Shown here: positions 11,281 through 22,842 of the stretch, one piece after another
Layout of the letters: each line of letters opens with the position of its first letter
Position numbering within the stretch: position 1 is the first letter of the stretch
Assembly: GCA_030264375.1 (NCBI GenBank)
Contig: JASCQW010000190.1
Coordinates: forward strand, 99,542,130 to 99,606,129
Direction: 5' to 3'
Origin: Carcharhinus longimanus
Taxonomy: Eukaryota
DNA length: 64,000 nucleotides
Notes under the pieces: model-generated
Told to the model about the DNA's origin: nothing
Seen by the model: the letters and a program-made list of their open reading frames with translations, nothing else
The model's database searches: none
Position numbers and translations under genes: made by a program

Positions 11281-13884
11281 TTTACAATATAGTACATAAT
11301 ACATACTATCATATATTGAAAAGTCCTTTTTATAGAAGATCACAAAGTTCATCTCGTTAATTCTGGTTTACTATCTATTTAGCCTTTCTTATTACAAAAA
11401 TATAAGCAACTAGTACAAGTTAATGGAAAAAGAAAGAAAAATCTCAACAAATAAGGGTGATAAGCAGATCTAAGCAACCGCAGGTATCTGGAATTCTTTA
11501 CAGTAACTTGAAGAAACAAGCAGTCAAGTTGCACATTACTGGCCTGTGATGCTGTGTGTTAGAACAACGCAAAAATGGACTACGCTTCCTTTTTTGTAAC
11601 TTCTAGATCTTAGACCTGCCATGGAAAAATGCCATGCAGAGGAGAAAAATGTCCTTTGAGAAGTAAAATGGAATCACTGAGGCAGAGTCTACCTAAGTTG
11701 CCTTTTATGAAGTGTCTAGTGCTGAGTGCCATTTGCAATGCTTTGCAAAGGAGTCTGCCTGCTTTGGCCTCCTAAGCCAGAAAATGGCAAGCGGCACTAG
11801 GTAAAGATACCTNNNNNNNNNNACTAATGAAGACTTTCTTCAGGCTGCAATGGTACAGCATTAGGTGTTGTGCAACACATCTTGAAATGTTCTGCGCTGG
11901 ATTGAGAATATTGCTCCTAGCAAAATGAATGATATCAAACCTGTACATATGTCTTATGACTGGAGAAGAGTTTGTAGTTCAACCACTCAAACTGAAGTTT
12001 TATGAAATCGCCATGCACTTCCACAGCTGGGCTAGTTTTCTCTTACTTTCATATTTCATTTGAACTGTAAGAGAGGGTACTTCTGATATCACATGATTTC
12101 TAAATATCAAGTGTCTGTCTTATCCTATCTTCAGGACTTTCACACCGTTAATTTGTGTCGCCTAATTGAGCTGAAGAATTATGCCAGAGGGAATGTGATA
12201 CATCTGCTTTTGTAACTGGTGGAGCAGGTGGCTGTTGAGGGTAAAGAAGTTCACGTGATATTATCTTCAAGTGGTGCCTTTACTTGATTCAAAGTGCAAT
12301 TTGGTTTTATAAATATTATGTCAAGTTGAAACATTCCTTTGTTCAACATTTAATATAGAGACATTTCTTCTGACGGGATTTTTGTTTCCTGGGCAATTAT
12401 ATCTCTGTGGAAGTGGGGATTTTATGGAGGCCGCAATGGCTGGAACGGTGGTCAATTAGATGGGAGCTAAAATTTTGCTTTCCCTACAGCTGGATCATTT
12501 TTCATGATTAATTCCAACAGGTGTTAATGGTGGGTCAGAACTCATGCTATCCCATTGGTGATTTCCCACTTGTATTTATGTAATTACATCTTACCTTCAT
12601 GATAAAGTGAGTGGTACATGAGAATCCCTATGGCACCAGCTTCATATTTGTCTAAAGGGGAAAAGGGGATATGCAACAGTTGGATTTTTGCAGTTTATGT
12701 CTGAGGTTAATGGTTTTTCTTGTTGAACTCTGTAGAACAAAGGAGGGGGACAGGAGAATGGCAGCTTGCGTGGAGGCTGAAGACCAGCAAGGGTTTGTCA
12801 GTGCTTGATGGGGTAGCAGGCAGTGGAGTGGAAGGGGATCCAAAGGAGCAGAGAGGGTAAGACTGCAGAAATGGAAGAGTGAAAGAGGAAGAGCCTGGCA
12901 CCCTGAGTGTGGTGGGAGATAAAGGGAAAAATGGGGAATTGAAAGAGCAATGTAAGTAATTGTATTGACTTCAACGAGACCCATAAGGTTGGCCTCTTGG
13001 AGTCTGAACTCCCTGGTTGATTGGGCAAACAGTTACAACCTCAAGGAGCCCCACAGATATAATATGGGAGTGTCAGGTCCACTGGCACTACTGATTCTGA
13101 CTGTGAACCTGAAGCATTCTAGGAATAGAGTTTGTAAAGAAAAGGAATCTGGTGAAGGTACACCAGCCTCAGAGGAGTTATTTCAGTATGGGTCACTTGC
13201 AGGATGTTGGCCAACAATTTGGTGTGCTTTTAGCTCTATGATTAGCTTAGACTCAATAAACACCAATGATGCCAAAATGAATAGAGTGAAACCAATGCAA
13301 TGTGAATTTTAAATTAAAAAAATACCTGTGCCACCATTTTACTTTTAATAAAGTTCATGGATTTATGTTAATGGCAATGGATTTGGGTATACACATTGTG
13401 GCCTTGATGCAAAGCTTCTCTGCTGGTCCAGATTGCTCCTTTATAGCCTGCCTATATCTGCCACATTGTCAGTTAACTGTGAATTTCACCCTTGAAAAGT
13501 TTCCCTCATTGCCCACGATGCCTGAGCATTCCATGCATACTTGAAATTTTAATTGGAATTACGTGAGAACTAGCAAAATGCAAGGGACAGAGTGATTCCC
13601 ACCTCCTGTTGTACTGCTAGGCACACTGCGCCAATTCCTTGCATAGTTTCTTGGGATTTAAAAAACAAAGTTATCAAGTGTTTAAAATGAGTTTAGCTGT
13701 GTGCTGGAAATACAGAGCAGTAACACTCATGGGAGATGGTTTATTATTTGTTTACGTGCTAACTTGGTGATCCGAATATCTTGGAAAGCTGTGGCACAAA
13801 AATCATTACCTAAGTTCCTTAGTGAAGCAGCTACATTACAATCACAAGTTGGGTTAAATAGCTAACATTTGCATTTGATTCCAA

Positions 13885-14115
13885 GGCCAGGATTTTCCTG
13901 CCCCACCCCCATCCTCCTCATTCACATGGCATTTTTCTCACGGTGAATACGGTGAAACGTTAGTCATTGGCGGGATTTCCTGGCGTCAGTGGCTGGACTT
14001 CCCGGTCCAGCCTATGAGCTTTTGCATGGCTAAGCCACCCAGACACCTGCCATGGAGGTTGACCTTAGTGGGATAAGAAGCTCCTGCCAGCATGGAGGAT
14101 TGGAAAATCCTGTCC
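13885..14115. mobile_element. PIF/Harbinger-type MITE
   Basis: Terminal inverted repeats GGCCAGGATTTTCC / GGAAAATCCTGTCC (13 of 14). Confidence 0.7.
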
Positions 14116-14439
14116 AAAGTCATTCTTTTCTTCTTTAATCTCTGGAACAGGTTCTGTAAAATAATCCCACCAGTACCAGTGCTTTGTTGAATTTCATTTT
14201 TAACAGATTACATATCCTCAGTGTTGGGATTCACATCCACTATTATCTAATACAAATCATTAAGGATGCTAAGTTTTGACAGCTATGTGTGGTAGGACTG
14301 GGCAAAAAACTATAGGAAGATTTTCACTGGCACTATTGTCATGAAATTGTAAATGTGACATTTTTGGATAAAACATTAATGGTGCAGATCTATATAACAA
14401 GTACCAACAGGCATCAAAGACATTGTCGCCTTTGAAATA

Positions 14440-14790
14440 AAAGATTGGAGGTTCAAGTTCTGCTTCAGGACTTGCATATATCTTCTAGGTTGTGTGTGAT
14501 ATATCTTCTAGGTTGCCAGCTCAATGGAGTACCAAAGATGTGCTGCATTTTCAGAGGTATCTTTAGGAAGATGTAACATCAAAAAAAAGGAATCTGTCTG
14601 CTCAGGTGAATATAAAGGCACTTTTGAAGAAAACAAATAAATGCTTCAAGCCAATATGTAGCCCTTAGTCAATACCATCAAAAGCACAATATATGATTCA
14701 TTCATTTCATTGAAGTTTGTGGAACCCTGCTATGTGCAAATTAGCTGCTGTTGTCTATAAAACAATAGTGACTACTTCTCAAAATGAATT
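14440..14790 (+). mobile_element. Deu-domain SINE (SacSINE1-like), old
   Basis: GGTTCAAGT box B, GTGCTGCATTTTCAGAGG..., CTCAGGTGAATATAAA...GGCACTTTTGAAGAA, GTTTGTGGAACCCTGCTATGTGCAAATTAGCTGC...ACAATAGTGACTAC. Local duplication of ATATATCTTCTAGGTTG at 14476 and 14499. Confidence 0.7.
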
Positions 14791-15589
14791 TTTTTTATAT
14801 TTTAGTATTGCTTGTCCAGGTCGATGGTAACACAGTTTAACAATACATATTTGTAGAGGCATGGTTCAAAGATTTATTTGTTTTTTTTCAGATGTTACTA
14901 TCGTCTTATTTCTGTAAATGTTTGAAGGGTTTTCCTAAAATTCAGTCTGGTTAAATGAATGTTTGATTCAAGCTTCTCTCTAATTCAAAGAATTCCATTG
15001 TATTATACATTTCATATCTACTACTATTGTATGCAATTTTAAATTCAAGCATGACATTTAAATACGGATTTTGATCCATGCATAAAGTCTTTTGCAATTA
15101 TAATTTTTATGTTCACATTAAAGAAGGCAGTCCCTTGCCAAATTTCACAAGAAGATAGAAATGCACTTTAAGACCCTAATCAGCTGGTGCAAATTGTGAT
15201 TTTGTTGGCTGTTTGTGTTTGGATTTAATTGCTAAATGAATGATTAAATGGGCATTGGTACAAAGATTTGTCAATTGGCTATTTTTAACTGAAGTTCAAA
15301 GCGCTCCTGATTGAAGTGTGACATTTCTTGGCAAACCAGCTTTAGTATTTATCAGCTTTCAGCGACTGTAATAATATCTTTGTAAACGGTTCAGTGCCAA
15401 AAATAAGAACTGTACACAGAACTTTGAAAATGGCCTCGTTTGACAGATATAAAATGCATCAATCCTATTTTATTTCATAAGATCCACAGTATAACAAAGT
15501 GGAATATTTTATGTTATTCATTCACATACATAGGACAATTCAGTACAACCTACAAATTGAAACCATATTACTTTATATGTGCAACTATA

Positions 15590-16115
15590 ACAATGAAGCC
15601 TACAGAATACAAGTGTATGACAAGAGGTTTAGAATATAACAGTAAATCTATGTTAAACCTTTCTCATGACGACTGTTGAAGTATCTTGTGCAGCTTTCTG
15701 CCTCACACTATAAGAAAGATGTAGATGCAATAGAGAGGGTACAGGGTAGATTCACTGGATGTATGGCATGAGGCAATACAGCAAGAGCGTAAAAATCAAG
15801 ATGCTCTCATTTCCAAGGAAATTGTGAGTGGTTTAATAAAAGATTTTATTTTTTTAATTATGAAGAATTGAGACAAGATTGAAACTGATTGCTCTAGTGA
15901 TTCTAGGAGATGTAGTTAAAAGATTAAATGTGAGTAATTACGACACAGAGAAAGGGACCCTTTATCCATGTTTCGGATTGTGAGGTTGTAGAATGCTCTG
16001 CTGGATTTGGAATTTAAATAGGGGCCATTTAGAAATAGTTTAGATGACTGGTTGAAGAAAAGAGCAGTAAAGGAGTAAGTGAGTGGGTATTTAAGAGCTA
16101 TAGTGCTAATCTCAT
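15590..16115 (+). mobile_element. Highly decayed CR1 LINE ORF2 C-terminal fragment
   Basis: RGLEYNSK...YKKDVDAIERVQGRFT-like translation. Confidence 0.6.
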
Positions 16116-16131
16116 GTGAATAAAAAACAGT

Positions 16132-16218
16132 CATGATGTGCATATGCCGGCGTTGGACTGGGGTAAACACAGTAAAAAGTCTGACAACACCAGGTTTTAG
16201 TCCAACCGATTTATTTGA
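16132..16218 (-). mobile_element. PLE pLTR end running into a gap
   Basis: ATGATGTGCATATGCCGGCGTTGGACTGGGGTAAACACAGTAAAAAGTCTGACAACACCAGG is the reverse complement of 40050-40123. Confidence 0.85.
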
Positions 16219-16423
16219 NNNNNNNNNNNNNNNNNNNNNNNNNNNNNNNNNNNNNNNNNNNNNNNNNNNNNNNNNNNNNNNNNNNNNNNNNNNNNNNNNN
16301 NNNNNNNNNNNNNNNNNNNNNNNNNNNNNNNNNNNNNNNNNNNNNNNNNNNNNNNNNNNNNNNNNNNNNNNNNNNNNNNNNNNNNNNNNNNNNNNNNNNN
16401 NNNNNNNNNNNNNNNNNNNNNNN

Positions 16424-16693
16424 GGAGAGCAGTCGATAGTCAACCACATTACTGTGGCTTTGGAGTCACATATTGGCCAGATCAGACAAGGACGGCAGAT
16501 TTCCTTCCCTAAAGGACATCAGTGAACTGGATGGGTTTTTCCAACAATCGACAATAGTTTCATCAGTGGACTTTTAATTCCAGATATTTTTTATTGAATT
16601 AAAATTCCACCATCTTCCATGGCCATCTTCCTGGGTCCCCAGACATCAGCTAAGATTCTGGATTAATAATCTCAATAATATCACTAGGCCATC
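16424..16693 (-). mobile_element. tRNA-derived SINE with Meta-like central domain
   Basis: Minus strand contains GTTCACTGATGTCCTTTAGGGAAGGAAATCTGCCGTCCTTG.CTGATCTGGCCAATATGTGACTCC; second copy at 29667-29990. The Meta assignment is from memory of the consensus. Confidence 0.7.
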
Positions 16694-16762
16694 CCAGCCT
16701 ATTTTATCAGAGAATAAACTACGGTGATGTTTTTTCATTATCAATACATTCTTTGTTTTGCC

Positions 16763-16928
16763 GCTAAAAGAAAGGTAAAATACAGTGGATGCTGGAATCT
16801 GAAACAAAAATATAAAAAGCTGGAAAATCTCAGTAGGTCTGACAACATCGACTCAAAAACGTTGGCTCTATTATCTCTCCATAGATACTGTCAGGCGTGC
16901 TGAGATTTTCAAGCTTTTTATATTTTTG
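16763..16928. mobile_element. Fold-back mini-PLE of a second family, with a 12-bp TSD
   Basis: Arms AAAAATATAAAAAGCTGGAAAATCTCAG..GGTCTGACA / TGTCAGGCGTGCTGAGATTTTCAAGCTTTTTATATTTTT; exact TSD CTTTGTTTTGCC at 16751-16762 and 16929-16940. Confidence 0.85.
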
Positions 16929-17754
16929 CTTTGTTTTGCCACATCTGCTTCGAAAAGTTTTACTTCACAGACAGGCATGTAATGTGGAAATCCAGTTTGA
17001 CTTGTAATTGTAGTGTCTGACCTTTAATAGAACTTTTTTACTTATAGGTGGAATTTTACACAGCAAAATGGTATTTCAATACGTAAAACTACATTTCAAC
17101 AGTTATTAAAGTTGCTCGCCAGAATCAGAGTTAATTTTGAAATGTAAGTGGCTTCTGATATTGGTACGGACATAACTGCTTAACCTGCTGAAGGTTGAAG
17201 TATGAGCTGAAATATTTCAGTTGTTCATGATTCATATCTTCAGATTGGCTGCTTTTTGGTATTTGATGTTTTCATTTGTCTGAATAACATTTATTCTGCT
17301 AATACTGGTCTGCATTCTTTAAAACTAAATGGAAGTAAAATTGCTTTTTTCTTTAACTTACTCACCGATGGTTCATGTAAAATATGTAATCAGAAATTAG
17401 ACTTGCACTTTCTTGTTGCTGCAGTCAAATGTCCATAAATATTACAATAATTTCTGGATTTGCAATGAAAGATGGCCAATTATAAATGTGTGTATTACAA
17501 TTACATTTTACACCCCCCAAAATTTCCTCATGCTTTCCTTCTTCTCTGGATCCTAAATTGGTAATTTATGCTGGACTATGCGTCCCCAAGTCCATGCTGT
17601 AAACCTCAATGACTCTATGACTCTAAGTCCATGCAATTCCCTCCTTTTTGACTTATGTGGTGAGGGGAGGGCTCATTAATTAAAGCCATCATTAGTGAAG
17701 GAGGATGGCAGTTAGGGTTTTTTTTTAACACAAAAGACTGTAGGAATATGTAAT

Positions 17755-17990
17755 GTTTTTCATACTGAGATATGGACCATGAGCTTCTTTGAGGAAAAAT
17801 TTGGTAAATATTTGTATCAGAAAAAAATTCAAGACTATGGGAAGAGAGTAGGGCATTTGAGTTCATTTTCAATTGAGATCGACTTTTTTTTAGTCGGTAA
17901 GGGAATCAAAGATTATGAGGTTAAGATGGGAAAGTGGAGTCAAGGACAATATCAAATAAGTTAATTGACCTACTTCTTCCTGTCCCTGTG
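17755..17990 (+). mobile_element. CR1 LINE 3' fragment
   Basis: GAGATCGACTTTTTTTTAGTCGGTAAGGGAATCAAAGATTATG...GGAAAGTGGAGT, homologous to 10695-10770. Confidence 0.6.
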
Positions 17991-18486
17991 CATTATGGGT
18001 TGCTTTAGAAAGGAGGTGATGAGCTGAGTGGCTTCCTTCAATTATGTATCAGTTTGTGGGTTCTTGGTCCTATATATGAGGCAGGATAGAAGCAAACCTC
18101 ATTGTGGTATCTGCTGATGTGTTCCTCTACTGGAGATTATTTGAAAAATAGTCAGGAGATGCGATTTCTCAATGTTATTTATCCCCGTACTCAGGAATTC
18201 TTGAAGCTAATTGCAGTGACAACACAACCCACCCATCACCACTAATGCTCTAGATCACTGAGCACAGTACTGTGCTAGCTATCACTTCATGCATTTATCC
18301 ACAGAGGCACTGAAGGTGACAAGTTGTTTTAATCATTTTTTACCTTTAAAAGAAATATTATGTCATCNNNNNNNNNNNNNNNNNNNNNNNNNNNNNNNNN
18401 NNNNNNNNNNNNNNNNNNNNNNNNNNNNNNNNNNNNNNNNNNNNNNNNNNNNNNNNNNNNNNNNNNNNNNNNNNNNNNNNNNNNNN

Positions 18487-18745
18487 TTGTTTGGCTTGAA
18501 ATCCTTTTTTTTCCCTAGTATAGTTCTAGAGGCCTGACTTAACCGTGAAGTACATTTGTGTCCACTGTCTATCCTGTTTGATGTTTTACATATTTTGATG
18601 ACATCTTCACCTTCCCACTTTCTATCTAGATTGTAGAATGTCAATTTCTTTAAAACCTCCTTATAGCCCAATTCCTTTTCACCTGAGATCAGATTTGTTG
18701 TTCTTTTTGGCACCATTTTCAATGTCTATGTCTCCTCCTTGAAGC
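18487..18745 (-). mobile_element. Decayed CR1 LINE fragment
   Basis: Minus ORF ...LGYKEVLKKL..Y.L...EDVIKICK..NRID resembles the CR1 ORF2 C-terminus (LSYEERL..L.L.SL..R..GDLIEVYK..G.D). Confidence 0.55.
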
Positions 18746-21517
18746 ATGGTGAAGCAATATTGGATGGACATTACAGACGTCATCAGATAATGTGAGGTCA
18801 GCCAGGCAGGCTGAGCCGTGCAGCTTCTGATACATTAAATCTCACTTTGCTCAGAAAGATATTGTTAGTGGAATTTTTTTTTAACATGCAATTAACAGTT
18901 CAATGGCAGCTACTAAATGGCAGGCAGCCACCAATTCTCAATAACAATTTATTAATATTCAGATTATTTTGACTTCAGATTTCATTTGGAGCACTCAACT
19001 ATTCTGGATCCAAAGTCTAGATCTCTCTCATCGAAAGAGAAGCTGGAGAATTATGAATCTGGAACATGTTCCAAAGATGCCAATAACTGAAAAGTTTTCT
19101 TTCCTCCTTTCTACTTTCTCATCCTCCAACACCATTGAATTAACCTCTCAGGTTCCCTAGAAATCATTACTGCATCCAGTTGGGAAGACAAAATAGTATA
19201 TTTCACCTGTAAGAGCAAAGGTCCACATTTGTGCAATTGGTCTTTAAGCCTCAACCCAAACTCATCAGTGATCTCAACCAACTAGTAATATCTATGATAC
19301 TAACCTGATATGGCAGACATTTTCAGCACAACTTTTGAAGCAGTATTCTGCAATACTGATGTCTTAAATACCACAGCAAAACCCCCATTTATAGAGAGAT
19401 AATTCAAGGTTTAAAACAGCTTAGTTATCTATTTAACATGAATGTACTTCATTTACTTGATGTGTTTTTATTTATGGTATGGATACACTTTAAAAAAGTA
19501 ACAGTCAAGTCTACATATTAAACGTGCTGACAAATAGCTATTAATTTCAGGTACTGTTCCTTCGACTTGCATTAAGCTGTTGTTTTCACTCGGAGCTTTG
19601 GTTAGTTTGCTAACTGTCTAATCCCGATATTGTTTTCATTGCACATCATGATACCTACAGCGATTGCATCAGTCCAAATCTAACATAATTACAATGAATA
19701 TTGAATTCCAAATTGGCTCCTACAAAGTTCTGGTTAAGTTATATGCCATGCCTGATTTGAAATACTTACAGGGAAATTCCTGGTGGATTCTCAGAATTAA
19801 CATTCCATTAGCTTTCAACTTTTAATGTATTCACTTCGAATGAATACAGACTTTCTCGACTTGCTGAACCCAGATTAAGGTATCAATGTAGACAAGGTGC
19901 TGGAAAATGAACCATGCATTAGCTTGATTGCATTCATTCTGATTTGAGTTCAACTTCTCCATGCCAACCAAGAAAATGGTCCGGTAACATGGCACACTCC
20001 AGAACTATCTTTCGGAATTGTCCAAAAGTGGTATAGTTTGGTTTAACTTGTGATTCTTCTTGATTTGTTCAGAAAATGATCATGTGTCTGCTCATTGCCT
20101 TTAATAAGACTTAGCAGCTCTCCTAATGTCAGGAACTCATCAGAGGGGATTTTGTCTTGTGATACTGTTTTGGTGGAAATAGGCTCTTTGCCTGATCAGA
20201 TTCATGACTACTTCAAAATAGTTGGATTAGTGAACCTCATTTAAATGTGATTAGGGACCAGGCCTTGCTTTTCCCTCTGCTTCTTGTGAAGAAGACACGA
20301 TCTTTAGCAATCCCATTGCCTACTTGAAAAGTTACACTTCATAAAGCAATGGTGCTATGGCTTTGGTCAAGTTCTTGTGGTCTTAGAAAATATATAACTT
20401 CCGGCACCATTTCCAGGTTGCTATCCTACCCATGACAATGTTTTTCTTCCTGCACTCTCTTAAGGCTGCCTCTGTGTTTTCTGTCTAATTAGGGATAGTG
20501 GGCAGCACATGGGTGCAGGAGGGTAATTCAGAGGGCCAACAGGAGAGTTGGGGAATGCACCCACATGAATGCATTTGGCTGCTTTCAATCTTTGAGATTG
20601 TTGATACGCGCAATTGCATCAGCCTATGATTTCCCTCTGATCTCTTGCCCTGAAGTGTTGTCAGACTCCAAACACAGCAAGGGGACTAATGCCCTGACAA
20701 CAAAGCAACTTCTCTCTCTGAAAATAGCCATAATGAAGGCCTTAAGTATTTTGACTGCCTTTCTCATCTTTGGAAAACCTATCTGGATGCAGGACTTCAT
20801 CTTAGAGGTGTCCAGTTGAGATTTTTCACTTTCTTTTCTTGTACCCTACCCCTAAGGCAGCAGAAGTGTTCTCCCTTTCAGTTGTTTGCAGTGAGTTTGC
20901 GGTTACCATGACTGGTGTAAGAGCTCCATTTCAGCTCAGGAGATCCTACTGGAGGAGGTCAGGTTTCAGAGAGAGAGATTTCTCCTCAACTGGAAAAAGA
21001 CATCCCAGATAGATTTTGGGACATATTAGAAGATGTGAATTCTGTAGGCATCACCTCCAGGACATGAGTACATTGCAAGGATAATTTTGACAGCCTGACC
21101 CAGTCAGTCAATGTGCTAATCACTTCCTGCTCTGTATCCGATGCTGCTACAGTTCTTCTGTCCCTCAACAATGCTCCCCTCAACAAAACTCTCCTTCCCA
21201 GTTCCAGGTGCTTTTCTTGCAATTAACACTGCACACCACACAAAACTTGCTCCTCATTATAATCATACTCTCACCAGCTGCTACCTTCACAGCAGACACG
21301 AACAGCATTCTCCTCTCACCTGGTAACAACTGGAAATCTTTTCATTCTTCCCTTAACTGCTTGCAGATCTCACGCTGTCTTTACCTCCTCCCCACCTGTT
21401 CATCTTATTGTTGATGGGTCAAAACCTGNNNNNNNNNNNNNNNNNNNNNNNNNNNNNNNNNNNNNNNNNNNNNNNNNNNNNNNNNNNNNNNNNNNNNNNN
21501 NNNNNNNNNNNNNNNNN

Positions 21518-21584
21518 AGGGCAACTGGTGATGAATGCTGGCACTGCCAGCAGCACCCACATCCCAAGAAGGATATTTTTTAAA
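21518..21584 (+). mobile_element. LINE/SINE 3' tail emerging from a gap
   Basis: GGGCAA...AATGCTGGCACTGCCAGCAGCACCCACATCCCAAGAA, the same tail as 22770-22840 and 29667-29742 (reverse complement). Confidence 0.7.
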
Positions 21585-22594
21585 CCTCTTGCTCCTTTTC
21601 CCTTTTGCTTTTTACACGGTGTTCAGATGTTTCACATATCTGCACAATTGTTTACACCAGTCAAACACAAACTTATTCACCATTTCTCTGATGACAAGAT
21701 CATTGTGTAACATCAAGGTGAGGCCCAGAACTGCAGGAGGTTTCAAGTCATCTGCCTGGTGGAGCAGAGAAAACTGAGGGGTATTGCAAACAGACTTGAC
21801 TTTTGGCATTAGTGATGTGTCGAACAGTCTCACCGCCTATCTCCATTTCCTTTTCTCTTTCCCGGAGCAAAATCATATACAGGGAGTGTGACAACCTGCT
21901 GCTGCCTTCTGTGATCACGCATCTGGCTACATTACCTGCTGACCTTTTGTATAAGTCACTTCCATCACTCAAGACCTGCTGTTGAAGTAAACCATCTTCA
22001 GGCTCATCAGCAAATTCTCAAGGCACAAGTGACCTGGGAGGAGCAGCTATGTCTAACAAAAAGTTAAAGTCTATCTCCTGCAGCAAGCTGGCACAAGGAA
22101 TCTGTATTTTTAGTCAATCATGGAGCATATGGTCTCCTCTATGGTAGTTACAGCGGAAACCTGTACATCGCCAGCAGTAACAACTTTAAATGATTATCAA
22201 ACTGGTGACATTCAAACGCTGACAACACTTTCCAGCAACCTTGACAGGTTGGGGGAATGGCATGGACCTCCTGCAGTCTGTGCACTGATAGATGAATGTG
22301 AGAGTGCTAAGCAGTGCTCCAGCTTGGTAGTGTTGCAACTCTCCGGAAGATAGCACTTCAACATTATTGACGCACCCACACCCAAGTTCCACTCCAATGT
22401 CAGAAAACTGGAAAAGATCAGTCCTCAGCTGGATAGGGTCTAAGCACCTGGCCGTTAATACAGCTGATGTGCTACATCAGCTTGTCTGCTATATGATGTC
22501 TCTGTGCTGTAGAATTCACTCTGCTGTGATTTTGTTTTAGTACCATGGACAACTCCTCACATCACCAGTGGTGTCAAGCAGATATTCATGAAAA

Positions 22595-22842
22595 TGCCAC
22601 CACCTACAGATAACCCTCCAAGTCATTCATTATCCCAACTTGAAAACATATCATTGTTCCTTCATTGTCACTCAGTCAAATGCCTGGAATTTCCTTCCTA
22701 GCAGTACCATAGGTGTCCCAACATCACATGGACTGCAGCAGTTGACAAGGCAGCTCACCACCACAACTGTCGAGGGTCATTAAAGGACAATAAATGCCAG
22801 CCTTGCCAGATGCTCACACCCCAAGGACCAATAATTAAAAAG
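22595..22842 (+). mobile_element. LINE (CR1/L2 clade) 3' end; probable partner of the Meta-type SINE
   Basis: CCTCCAAGTCA..C...GTTCCTTCATTGTCAC...CCTGGAATTTCCTTCCTA...GGACTGCAGCAGTT...CAGCTCACCACCAC...AATAAATGCCAGCCTTGCCAG tail. Confidence 0.7.

Noticed and set aside
17360-17420. Minus-strand donor CG|GTGAGT with a short open frame
   Set aside because: Poor pyrimidine tract and no other supported minus-strand exons.
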